A DNA stretch of 64,000 nt, from contig NW_003314289.1 in assembly GCF_000143415.4 (NCBI RefSeq), positions 1,420,293 to 1,484,292 on the forward strand. The letters run 5' to 3'. Shown here one piece after another: positions 51,869 through 64,000 of this stretch. The translations under genes were made by a program, and so were the position numbers. The notes under the pieces are model-generated. The model had not been told where the DNA came from and did not search any database. It saw only the letters and a list, made by a program, of their open reading frames with translations. This DNA comes from Selaginella moellendorffii. Lineage: Eukaryota > Plantae > Lycopodiophyta. Every line of letters starts with the position of its first letter. The first letter of the stretch is position 1.

Positions 51869-54800
51869 CGTGCACATCGCTCGCATCTACGCAAAACTCC
51901 CCCGAAATACCGCTCGATTCAGCCGATGCGCGCCAAGAATCCCAGGATTCTTGCCCAGAACAATGGCGCCATTGATCGAATCGATCCGATCGAGCTGGAA
52001 TCGTCGCTTGGATCGAGAGATGAGATGAGAGAAGAGTAGCGCTGCCCAAAAACCCTAAACTCAAGAACAAAAAGAGTGAAGCTCAAGGCACACACACACA
52101 CCCTCTCTCTCTCGCCCCTACATATGGCCACAACGGCCAATGGCCATGGCCATAATAACCATAACGCAAACTCTAACCACCACTCCACATCATGCCATAC
52201 ATGCCATGGTCCCCCATGGCATCAGCAACCATGACGTCACGCGGCCTCCATTTGCATACGCATACACAGTACTGCTGACTCGGCGCACGCGGCCGTACGC
52301 AGCCGCCAGAGGCCTACGTGTTGACGTGTCGCGCAGAGGCTGGAGAGGAATCGCCCGCTTGTGGCCCATGGCCACTCCCCTGTACGGCTCGGCCCACCAA
52401 ACGGATAAGACCGGCCAGGGGTTAACGCCCCAATTTTCCCGGCCGGCGAACTTGTCGCCTGGCCGCCGGCCGAGCCGGCTGCAGCCAATGCAACCTGGAT
52501 CGGCCGGTCGGCCGGTCGGGGGCGCCAGCAAAATTTCCCGGCCGCCGGGAACTTGGTCTTTGAGATTTTTACTATTAACCTTCTATTTCTCTTTTTCTCC
52601 CTTTTTTGTAACAACGGAACAATACAAATAACCGCTGTGCCACCCAGAGATGGGCTTCTTCTTGCTTTTGTTTGCCAATCATGAGCCTAGCTTCCGGAGA
52701 CATCCTCCCACGCCATCAACATGTTGGAGATGGGTGACAAGGGAACCAAATGTAGGGCCGCCTCCTTTTCCTTTCGCGCTGGGGCCTCCCCTTTCCTCTT
52801 TCCTCCTGTGAGTGACAAAAACCACCACCACCACCACCACCACCAGACCTAGTGCCAAAACAAAGCCTCGCAAAAAACAATGCCCAAGATACCCCTGGCA
52901 AAGCAAGACCCCACGGCCAATCCCAATTTGCCCAGTTAGGGCAAAAGTATATTTGTTTATAATTTCTCGGTTAAAGCTACTCCAGCCATGTTTGACAGAG
53001 ACATGGATGCATCGAATGGGAAGAAAACCCTATTCTCTTTCACAACACACACTCCATCACCTCATTATCATAAGGAATCCTTCAAACTCCACACTCTTCT
53101 CCAGAAGTAGTATTCAGTAAAAGAGCATCAAAAATTTACCACCACCGGGATCGTGGCATCTGTCTGTACTGTGGCTGTACACATACATGATAGACCAGTA
53201 GTGTATAAACGAATCAATCTTATATTTATACCACTCGCGCCTTAAGATATGTGCCTACGTACCCAGCTTTTGCCCAACCAAGCCAAAAGATTCCTGCCCC
53301 TCATTCATTTAGATCATTTCAAGGGCTTTGCTTTTTCGCTCTCGCATCGCTTAGAGGGACCTGACCAGACCCGGTCAAAATATCAATCTAGAAGGCAAAA
53401 AAACTGTATCGCCTTTAGCTACTCTGCTCCCTAGGAATGATGCAATCCATCTTTAATCGCCCAGAATTCTTTTATAATTCCCTAAAGCTTTCCCCCACTT
53501 CGAAAGCCAAACCATGTTCCAATGTACAAACTATACAAAATCGTGAGATTAATTTCGTGACCCCGGCTTTAGTTTACGTGCAAGTTGCGCTACAAGCCAG
53601 CAATCATATCGCCGCTCTTTACTGGGATCCAGTAAGACAGGCTCGTGATTAGCGAGCGAGCGAGCGAGCGAGGGGATCAAAGGGAATCTTTTTTCTTTGT
53701 TTCACCGGTCAGTTCTTCGCTAGTGGTGTTAGGTCAATCAAGTGGTAAGACACCAAGCTGGCTCTAGCTTGCAATGCAAGCGAGGAAACAAAACAAAATG
53801 CCCCTGCGACCTTGGGATCCAAACTCAAGCCATACAAAGCATATAAAATAAGGTGGTAACACGTGCAATGGCGATCGGGCATTTGCATGGCGCCCTAATT
53901 TGCAAACTCCAACGAGAGAAGAGAAAAATTTTGCCCGGTGCTCGCGCTGTGTCCGGCAGTATCAGACACAACCCACAAATGGTTAAAACTTAAAAGCAGC
54001 CCTAAAAAGCAACAGATTTAACGGCAAGCCGGTTAGCGATTTAACGTGCTAAAACGGTTTTTAAAACCGGGCGCCGGTTTTAACGGGCACAACTGGGGCC
54101 GGTCCAGCTAGAAATGCGGCCGCCCACGTGTCTAAATTGCCAGCCTGTGCGGCAGTTCACGTGAATAAAAAGTTAAATGCGCCACGCGTCCGGCCAACGG
54201 ACGCTCCAGATGTGGAGAGCTAGCGGCACGTGGGCCGTTGGATCTGGGAGACAGCCTGGCCGTTAGAGGTGGGTGGTTTCGCTTTTTTTTTTTTTTTCTT
54301 TTTATCGCTTTCCACATGCCAGAAATGCGTTGACCGCGCCACTGACCGTGGACCTGCCCCAACTACTTCGCCTTTGGGGATTAAAAAACCAGTAGAAATG
54401 ATTTATCGGCCAGTCCGTGTACGGCGGAATGGGACATGCGTACGGCAGCAAACGTCCCATGGAACTTGGGTAACTTGGAACTCTGGAACTCCTGGCTGGC
54501 TCTGGATGTATGGGCCCTAGATTTTTAAAACCACCTTTCGCGCGGTTTTAAAAATTTTATTTTGTCTCCCGATCTGATCTGCCAGATCCAAACCCAGTCG
54601 CTCCATCTCTCTCGAATTCTTGTTTTTCGACCAGGTGCACACTTGTCTGGTGTTTGTCTCCGCGAATTATCGAGGAAAGCGGAGAAAAGGGCTGGGCGAG
54701 CGCTTAAAGAAACGCTTCCCAGCAGCCCATTCCATCCACGGGAGGAACAGATCCCGGTAAGCATCAACTTACGTGTGTAGGAAAACGATCGATCGCGGGA

Positions 54801-57391
54801 TCGATCTGGACAAAAATGGACACCAAACCGAGACAAAGAGAGAGAGTAAGAGGAGAAAAAATAGAGGCCAATACATACAATGCAGTGTTAGACTCACTAA
54901 CTTACGTGGGGGAGATTTTTGTAGCTTTGTTATGGTCTTGGAGGTTGTTACTTGCAACAACTTTACTCGACCAGGAAAAATTTTTCGTTTGTGTCGGCCA
55001 CCATCTCTCCTCGTATGTTGAAACAAATCTTTGGCGTGTTATAGGGTTCCACCACCACCTTTTCTTCCTTTCTAAAAACCCTAAAAGAGCGCATGCCCAT
55101 TTTGTCGCCAAACATCACATTCACGTTTTATCCTTGCAGATCCGCCCAGATCGCGGAATCAATGGTTGGTTGGGTGGGCCAGAGAGGCATGGAAAAAGCA
55201 AGCGCAAGCCTCAAACCCTAGCATTTCGCGGAAGCTTCCTCCGCGTGGATCCAAGCTGGCGCTGACTTGACTTGACTGGCCTTGACGCCGCTGCTCGTCC
55301 AGGAACAGTGGACTGGTGGACTGGACCACAAACCTTTTCCATATTTCTTGCTCCTCTCTCCGCGTAGCAGGGCTGTGGAGTAGCCAAAGAAAGTTATAGA
55401 GGTAGCGTCGTAGCTGCCAAGGGATGGAATGAAATCCAGTGGCAGTATCAGAAAAAGATGGTGGCGGGCGGGCGGGCGGGCAGTTGGTGGGTGGCGGTGA
55501 CGTGCTCGTCGGCCCATTCCTTTGTGTGTGGGATGAGGTAAGATTTCGCGCATAAGGCGCGTGACGTCTGCCCATCTGTCCGTTCGATGCGATCCCCCTC
55601 GTCCGGCCGCCATAATTGAAGGACGGACGGATGGATCGATACAACAATGCTACAACAGCAACAGAAAAAAAAAAAGAGGAAAGGAAAAAGAGAGAAAATA
55701 AAGCGAAAAAGAGGAAGTTGTGTTGATGAATTGAATCGAATTGAAGTGATGCAAGCCTTCCACCTCAAAGTTGATTGATTGATTGATTACCTCCAACGAC
55801 CAAGACGGCATGAAATAAGCTATAAACTTTCAGACAAGCGCAAAATTTTTTTTCAAAAGCTTAAAACCGATGAAATGTTCCCATGGGATATGCTTGCAAC
55901 AGGGCATGGGCATGGCCCATTGCCCATGATTGCTTTGCATATGATGTCAGCAGGCATGACGTCATGTCATCCCGGCCATGGATGAGGAATGCCATGCATA
56001 CAGGATAACAACACTGCATGGTGGCGTGGCGTGTTTGTGTCCAGTGATTGAAAATACACCCAGGCAGTAAATGTGTGTGACTTCTCCAGCTAATCAACAG
56101 CTGGGGTCCGTTAGTTTTTCTATATATTTTTCTACCGGCAAGTTAGTTTAACCTTCTACTTTGTTAACAGGGTAAACCTTGCTTGTTTGTTTTGGAAAAA
56201 GCTCGCACGTCCGCGTCCGCGTGATTTAAGAATCGAATCGCTTGGCTTAAAAAATCTAGACATTGACTGATTATTTCTTAGCCCAAACACACAAGAGGCA
56301 TGAAATGAAACTTGGTGGTGGAGGCCCCATTCTAATGTGAGGGGCAAAGGGGACATTCGAGCCATTGTTAAATTGGTCAGCTCACACGTCCAAAGCTCGC
56401 CACCTTTCTTTTTTACAAGGCTAGGGTTCTTCCTGTTAGTTTAAACCCCCGCATTTAAGCGAGTGTCGGTTGGGGAGCCAGTTGACAAAACAGAAAACCG
56501 AAAAAAGTGGGGGCCGGGCGGGAAGGATGATGGGAAGTTTCGGTGCCTTTAAAATGTCTTCTTTTTTATCTTTTATACAAGGGCGTGTCACTTTCGTGAT
56601 GAGAAACCAAGAGGGGGAGAAGTTCTTTGTCCAAATCTCACAGGCATCTTGATGACGTCCAACTATCATATCGATATCCCAACGCTCTTTAGCTTCGCGA
56701 TTTCTTTCGTGGCGCTCTATCTTCTGGGATGAGATGAGATGATCCTTCCAATCTCCTCCTATAATTACGGCGATGTGAATATGGTCGTCAATCACGGCGC
56801 GAGAAATATCAACGATCCAGCTTGTCCCAGCCAAGATCAAGGGACCAAGGATTGAATGCTCGCCCCGGTCCAAATCACAATGAAAGTAAAGGGAAGGGGG
56901 AACGCCCTAGAAGAGTGCAAAACAAAGGCGATTCGATGCTGATCTTGGAAGTTGACATGACTAGAAAGCTCCACACACACAAATTTGTAGCGGGCGAGGA
57001 TCGAACCCACGACTTCTTTCTTGCGAGTGGTGTTAGGCGGGACACCTGGATAGGAAAACAGTTAAATTACCAACCCGACAGGCGACCAGACGCGGCTGCG
57101 AGACAGCCGTCCGATGGCTCCCTGTTAACGGTGGCAGTTAGATGTCTTTGCACGCAATTGACAACCAGATAAAGCCCGTACCGCGAATATCCCGCGAAAA
57201 TATCGCGGACAACTGTGTCTAACTGCCGGCTATCCAGGAGCATCCAACGGCCTAGGCGCCACCACGCTTAAACAGAAGATCCGCTCCGACAATGGTGGTC
57301 AATAGCTTTGGTCAATGGTCATATATGGTCATATACAATCTTTGCTATATGTAAAGTTAAAGAAGCGCCATTTTCACTCAAAACCCTAGGG

Positions 57392-59883
57392 ATGGGGTTT
57401 CTCTACGCCTACGCGCTCGTCTTCTATGCGCTGTTCGTCTGGCGCTCGATCGATCTCTCCTCAGGTATGCGATGAACGCGATCGATCCAAGCTCACAGAT
57501 TTCGGGAAATGCGAGGGCAGGGAAGGAGGCTTGGGGGCTGCGGGGATTGAGAAGGGGCTGGATTTTGGAGCGCAATGTGGTAATCCAGAATCTTTCCCCT
57601 TTTTGCGGTGTTCTTGCTGAAATTTTGTTGCTATAGGATCTCTCTGATGCGCAATGGCGGAATTTTCGAGCAAATCTCCCAGCCCTGACGATCGTCCTGG
57701 GAGGTTTCACGGTTTTAAGCTTGATCCTTACGCATGGTTTGAGGTTTGGAGGCAAAGGAATGTCGCGCTATTGGCTTGTAGTTTCGACCATCTTTCTGGC
57801 ATACATGCACGAATGCTGGTGAGTTTTTTGGTTCCTTCTCTTTGTCTCTCTTTTCTTATGAGCTTTCGAATGCCAGTATTGTATTTATAGTTGCTATAGC
57901 GGCTGGAAACTTCGCTCTCACAAAGGTCGTTTATTGCTCTTTTTGTTCGATCTTTTTTTCTCAAAGGTTGTGATCTCGTTTGTGCTAGATTGCAGGTGGA
58001 AGGTCCTTCTTTCCGATTCTTCTTTGGAGCTACAACTTGGCATTTCTCATACTAAATAGAGTCTACGAGGGCTACTCCTTTACGTCTCTTGGGTATGCTA
58101 GTGCTCGTTTTTCCTTTACTTGAATTTATCATTTCTTGTATAGAGAGGCTTTTGCAAGGCTTGACAAACATCGGGGTGCAATGCGGTGGCATATCAGTTT
58201 CAATTTTGGTATGACAAGAGTTTCATTTTTCCCCTTTTTTTTTTTTTTTCTCTAAATTCTCCATTTTAGTTATGCTACGAATGGTGAGCTTTGGCCTAGA
58301 TTACCATTGGACTCGTTGTTGTCGACCGTCGGCTATTAATTGGGAGGTTTGTTTGCTCCTTGTTTGGGTTTCCTCTTCTCATGTTGTAAAACTTTTTAGA
58401 AGCACAACGCTACTTGCAGTGAGTGCCAAACTGGTAACCCGTGCAACCTCTCGCGTCAGGTAATATTTTTGATGCAGCTTTTGAGCCAGCACTACTTACT
58501 GTAACTTTAGGAGAAAGTCTTACCGGAAAATGCCTATGGCTTGACAGCGTACTTCAGCTATTTGTTCTATGCACCGCTCTACATCGCTGGCCCGGTTGTT
58601 AGCTTCAACTCGTTTTCTTCACAGGCAAGTTCTTTTCGCCCTTTGAGTTTTGATGTTTAAAGATCTCTAATGCAGATTGAGAATCCGCGGATAGGCTACA
58701 AGCAGGCTGGTGCCTACGGTATCAGGTGGCTTGCTTGCCTGCTACTTATGGAACTTATGACACACTATTTTTACTATAACGCATTTGCTACGAGCAGGGT
58801 TTGGCCAAAGCTGTCACCCGTGCAAATCTTTATCGTTGGCTATGGAGTAAGTGCGAGCAGTTTTTGTACCTTGTTGAGTAACTTTCGTTCTTTTTGCAGG
58901 TGCTCAACTTCATGTGGCTAAAGTTTCTTTTGATCTGGAGGTTCTTCCGATTCTGGGCCCTGGTATGCCGTACTTTCTCGCTTGTGATGTGTTTTTAAGC
59001 TCTTTGATAGATGTGCGGTGTAGAGTCACCCGAAAACATGCTACGCTGTGTGAACAACTGCTATGACCTAGAGGGGTTTTGGAAGAGCTGGCATGCATCT
59101 TACAATCGCTGGCTCGTAAGGTGTGAAATTTGTCGTGCTTTCCCTTTCAATACATCCTCTTAAACTTCTTTTTTTTTTGTTGAAGATATATTTACATTCC
59201 TCTTGGCGGCTCTAGATGGAAACTTCTCAACGTATGGATTATCTTCACGTTTGTTGCATTGTGGCACGACTTAGAATGGTAAGTAACAACCGAACTTTAT
59301 CCTCATTAACGCTTGCTAACTTGTCGATGCTACAGGAAACTTCTCTCTTGGGCCTGGATGACGTGTTTACTCTGGTTGCCAGAAGGCTTGATGAAGCTTT
59401 CTCTTCGCTTGAAACAGGTATCTTGTTTTTATTTCCGTTTTAGCGTGACACGAGTTTTTTAGATGCAAAAACTGCAAAAGAATTCGCCAGCGTTATTCAC
59501 TGAAGGCTGTGCCATTGCCAGTGCCCTCAACATAACCGGCTTGATGGTATGAATCACTTTAGATTCATAGTTCTTACTAGTGCTGAGACTGGCAGATGGC
59601 AAACCTCATCGGATTCGTCGTTGGCCCGGCGGGATTTAAAGAGCTGATTAGTAAGCTCTTTGTGAAGCAGAGTATGCTCTCTCTATTTTCCTGTTTTTGG
59701 AATGGTTTTAACGAGACTGTTTTGCAGACGCTTGGCTTTGTCTCGGGATTTTCTTCTCTTTCTACGTGGGTGCCAAGGTGAGGATTGGAACGTTTTTTCT
59801 TCCTTTGCTCTTATTCTTCATGCATTGTGCAGCTTATGTTTCGAGTGAGGGAGGCCGAAGCTTATAAAGATAAAAAACGGTGA
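57392..59883 (+). CDS. MBOAT family acyltransferase (GUP1/HHAT-like), multi-exon
   Basis: MLRMVSFGLDYHW, YLFYAPLYIAGPVVSFNSF, PENMLRCVNNCY, FWKSWHASYNRWL, YIPLGG, FTFVALWHDL. Confidence 0.92.
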
Positions 59884-60179
59884 CTATTTCGCTTTATCCT
59901 TTATCTAGACAACGCTTGGTTCGGGATAAACTTTCGAGCCAAGACGAAAAATGTTTCACCCCTCTGTATTCTCGACGGGAACCATCTGGAATGTATGCCT
60001 TTTACATTTTTTTCGTTCGTATTTCAGTCAGATTATCAACCAACGCAAGCTGTTCAGTTACTTCTAACTTTCATGCAAGCAAATGCAGCAGCAAGTTCTT
60101 CACAGCCTGTCAATCAATGGACTTGTGAGTTTGCTTTCGATTTAGTTCTTTAAGTCCTTGACAAAAATTTCTTTTTTCA

Positions 60180-60950
60180 CAGGTGTTGAATTTGATGCAT
60201 CGATTCTGGGCCCTGGTATGTGTAGCCTACTTTCTAGCTTCTGATGCGTTAAGTGACGGCATTGGTGTGTGTTGCGTGAACAACTGCTGCCAGTTTCAGC
60301 TCGTCAGGCATGAACTTTTATCACTTTCGATGTAAAGCTATCACGAGTGGCTGTTGGTTGTAGATCTTTCGGCTGCTCTCAATAGAAACATGTTAACGTG
60401 TGGATGATCTTTCGCATTGCGTCACGACTTGGAATGGTAAGTGAGAGCCAGACTCTTGCGTTCCTACCCAAGCTTGCTAACTTGTAAACACGACAGGACA
60501 GGTCGTGTCTACTCTGGTTGCCAGAAGGCTTTGATGAAGCAAGCTTGTTGGCTTCAAACAGGTTCTTGCTCATAGTTTGACACACTTTGCAGATACAAAG
60601 TCTGCAAAAGAAGTGTGAATCACTTTCACTGATGGCCTTATCGGTTCTCGTTGTTGGCTCAGCGGGATCCAAAGCGACTCTCTTTCTGAAACAAAACGTG
60701 CTCTTATTCTATCTCTCTGTTTTTTAGTTTTGCTTGCTGGTTTACTGTTTTTTTTTTCCTTTTTGGTCATCTCAAGCGAGACCGCGCTTTGTCCCGGAAT
60801 TATTTCTCTCTTTCTACGTGGGAGTCAAGGTGACCATTCCTTTTCTAGCAGATGATATTTCTTTGTTCGCTCTTGGAATAACATTTGACGCTTTGTCCAG
60901 CTTATGTTTCGAGTCAGGGAAGCCAAATGTCATAACGATAAAAAGTGGCG
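60180..60950 (+). pseudogene. Decayed tandem duplicate of the MBOAT 3' half
   Basis: cgattctgggccctggtatg, gtgaacaactgct, ctctggttgccagaaggc and cttatgtttcgagt recur in the same order as in 58900-59880. Confidence 0.85.
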
Positions 60951-62899
60951 ACTGCGGCTGGAAAGCTGGTTTGTTTCACATCCATTTATCCTTTGGTCTG
61001 TGACGAGATGATCGTTTTTTTTTACTAGGAATCCACAACACTACCTTGGCTGGATTGCAAAGTTTGATCCAGAGAAAGATTGCGGTCAAGTCAAGAGAAG
61101 AAAGAATCAAAGCTTTTGACAAAGAGAGTGAGGTACTTATCATCCGTGAGGAATTCTTTTCTCTTCCTTTTTATTTTTCTCAGTCCCATCAACAAGTTCT
61201 CGATGACGAATATGAAATCGCAAAGGTCTCATCGATTCTCCAAGTTCTTGGACCAGTCAAGCCATAAGAAATCTCCTTTCGGGTCACCAGGTGTGTTTCC
61301 ACTTGAGTTTTTTAATGGCTCCCTTGACAATGATCCATGTCTCCGTGAATAAACTTTTGCTTGCTTGCTTTGTTTGAATCGAGCACCAAGATCTTGAGTG
61401 GAGTTGAATACAAGCGCCATTGTTTTAATATTCTTCCTCTCATCCTTACGTAGGTACTTGGTGGAGTAATCAAACGTTGAAAGCAATGATAAAAAGCTGG
61501 ATAGTGGTACCCGAAATTTCTCGAGCATGGAGCCGGGGGAATCTTTTCGTTTCTTGACGAAGTGATTCTTTCTCTAGCAGGAGGGAATGGAGCATCTCAC
61601 GGACAAAGCCCTTAAAGCTGGGAAAAAAAAGAAGGTCGGATTTAAGTATCAAAGCACTAGCGAGCGACCCTCTTTGCTTTTAGGCAGTGGTGTTTGAGGT
61701 CACCATGCAAGCAAATCAAAAGTTGGCGAGATATTGGTAATCTACGCAAAAAGAAGGATCGGACTGGAACCCACACGCTATAAAGACACAGCACGCTCAA
61801 GAAGAATGGAAGAATTCCATGCAACTAGAGGAAAGAATGGAAGTACTCATACCTATGGTTGCTGATCAAAGAAAGATTTGGATGCGTCTATGAGGTTCTA
61901 TCATCAGTTTTGATTGCCAGGCGTGCGCAAACACGTATTTGATATGGTTTCTAGTTTAATCTATTATTAATAAGAATATATAAACAGTTTTGATATTGAT
62001 GTTAATAATTAAAAAAGCTGCATTAGATTTCAATCGCTTCTTAACATATTTGACGCGCTTCAGCTTTTGGAATGGAGCCCAGTGACAGTATAGCAAACGT
62101 ATCCACGGCGTATAAAGAGGAAAGTCCTAGCCTAGCGTACTTTCTCTTTTCTCTGTCTGGATAATTTCTTTTTACTTACTAAATTATCATTGGTAATAGC
62201 TAGAATAATTAAGTTTGTCTCAGAGGCTAGGTTTGAAAAACTGGCGGGAAAAGCAGCCGTTTAAATTGCTGGGGTTTTTGTTGCTCAAGAACCCTAATCG
62301 CGTGTGGGGACAAGACGTAAGATCGGCGAACAGCGAGCGCAGCAGCGGCGCCCTGGCTCTCTCTGGCGCTCGCATTAATCTAGTACTCGCACTGGTAAGC
62401 GCCTCGTTCGTCTCTTCTTGGCATCTTGTTGGCCAATGGCTGTGTGCGATTCATACGGCTCCATTTGGTGGTACATATCTGATTCGCATTCAAATCGAGT
62501 CAAGTCCACCTCTTCTTTCCCCAGCGCCAGGCCTCCAGTGTGGAGCGAAATAGAAAGGCCATAGATTTGCTACGGGATTCCTTGTTTTCCCACCCCACCT
62601 CCTCGGTTCTCCAAGTTTTCTCCCAATTGTTTTTTCGCCCCCTTGCATGCTTTTATCTTTGTTTTTTTCGTGTTGGTGGAGCTCTGCCTGATTCTCTTAA
62701 GTATGAATCTCTCTTTTTCCTTTTTTTTTTTTTCCTCTCTTCTCGTTGGTGTTGTTGCTAAGCGTGCTGTGGAGCCTGGTCTTGTTCTTTTGGTGCTGGT
62801 GGTGCTCTGATTCTTCTTTCCTTCTTTCGTTGCTTGCTTTCGTGGGTCTCTTCTATATATGTGTACATATCTCTGGCAAGGATAGGACTTGGCATCTTC

Positions 62900-64000
62900 C
62901 ATATGTATGCGTCGTAGGACAGACCCAACATCTGGTGCAGAGCTGAGGAGTCCTTGCAAATGCACAGACGCGAGCAGTAGCGGCAGCAAACCAACTACCA
63001 TACAAATATGCTGCGAGCGATGCGATGATATCAAAACAAAGAGGGGGAAAAATCCATCCAAAAAGCCTGGCTTCGGCAATTACAACCTCGCGAGCTGGAC
63101 AGAGAAGGTGCCGCTTCATCTTCATACCATTTTGACATCAATCAGGCTCACCAGGTGTGTGTATGCTGCTCTAAGTATCTTTGCTCCTTTCGCTTCTCAA
63201 CTTGGCTTGATTGTTGGTACTTGCATTACCCATTTTCGTAAGCTGTGGTGGGATTCTTTCTCGTAGTTACTGTCGGGGCTTTGCGTGTGATTGTTCCATC
63301 TTTTCTCGTTTTAGCTAAAGCTGTACAGGCGGCTTTCTCTGTGAGTGCTGTTTCTTTCCTTTAGTTTACTTTTTCGGTCTTTTGCGTCGTCACTTTGCGT
63401 AGCTCCTCTGGTACAGTATGGGGGCGCACTCTGCATAATTCTGTGCATCTTGTAGAGCTACTAGTAGTAGTAGCAGTAGTAGTAGAAGGAAGTAGTAGTA
63501 GAAATCGTAGTCGAATGCTTTGCTGATACGATTCTTTCATACTAGTGCGTCTCTGCGTGTACTGTCTAGTTGGCAGCAGCAATACGTACAAGGCTCTGAT
63601 CCATTTTATCTTTTCAGTGAATCAGGAAGGGAGCGAGCGCTTGCCTACTGCTACTTATACTACGTTGTACAAGTCCTTAGAGCTTAACCAGGTTCCAGCG
63701 AATGTACACTGTAAACAAACAACTTGGAGTTTCCCAGACTTACAAGAGGACGACGACTCTACTCACAGGGAAAACCAGGACTCGAGGGTATATCAGACGA
63801 GGACAAAGGTTTTGATGCTGCTGGGCTCGTAGTGGAAACAAGGCTTCTCAACAAGTCAAGTGGTGGTGGCACTGGAGGAGGTACCTTTTAGCTAAGCTAA
63901 GAAGGAGCTCTATACACGGAAGAGGTAGAAGTCTAGAAGGCCGGAATTCGAGACAGGGCATGGGGACGAATACGAACTCGACGAGCATTACACCGGAAAA
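62900..64000 (+). other. Possible 5' part of an unidentified spliced gene
   Basis: Exon-like segments with plausible splice sites (about 63108 donor, 63617 acceptor); no recognisable domain. Confidence 0.25.

Noticed and set aside
50423-52039. 538-aa + strand ORF
   Set aside because: Antisense shadow of the GC-rich, low-complexity MYB gene
61030-61900. Possible coding exons
   Set aside because: Short ORFs on both strands with no recognisable homology

Overview
Eukaryotic, gene-dense land-plant nuclear DNA with very short introns, mostly about 50-100 nt, and decayed PLS-type PPR fragments. The style fits a lycophyte such as Selaginella, which is an inference. There are two N gaps (210-309, 36287-36813). 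Genes recognised: PPR 3' end, Nudix hydrolase, FUT8/GT23-like glycosyltransferase, Sec61-gamma, a small hydrophilic LEA-like ORF, PRMT10, TOM9/TOM22, two R2R3-MYBs, an ETR1-type ethylene receptor, an EH-domain protein, a PAR1-domain protein with a long AGP-like tail, an alpha/beta hydrolase, a GT29, RPB11 and a GUP1-like MBOAT with a decayed partial duplicate. A nest of three Ty3/Gypsy elements occupies 17.0-32.1 kb. The most striking region is 8.4-16.3 kb. A large imperfect palindrome, bounded by two tRNA-Gly(GCC) genes, flanks PRMT10 and carries two near-identical inverted Bowman-Birk-like secreted peptide genes whose differences concentrate at the predicted P1/P1' reactive-site codons. It is followed by two box C/D snoRNAs in the 5'-UTR intron of TOM9. 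Exon boundaries were read by eye and are approximate.
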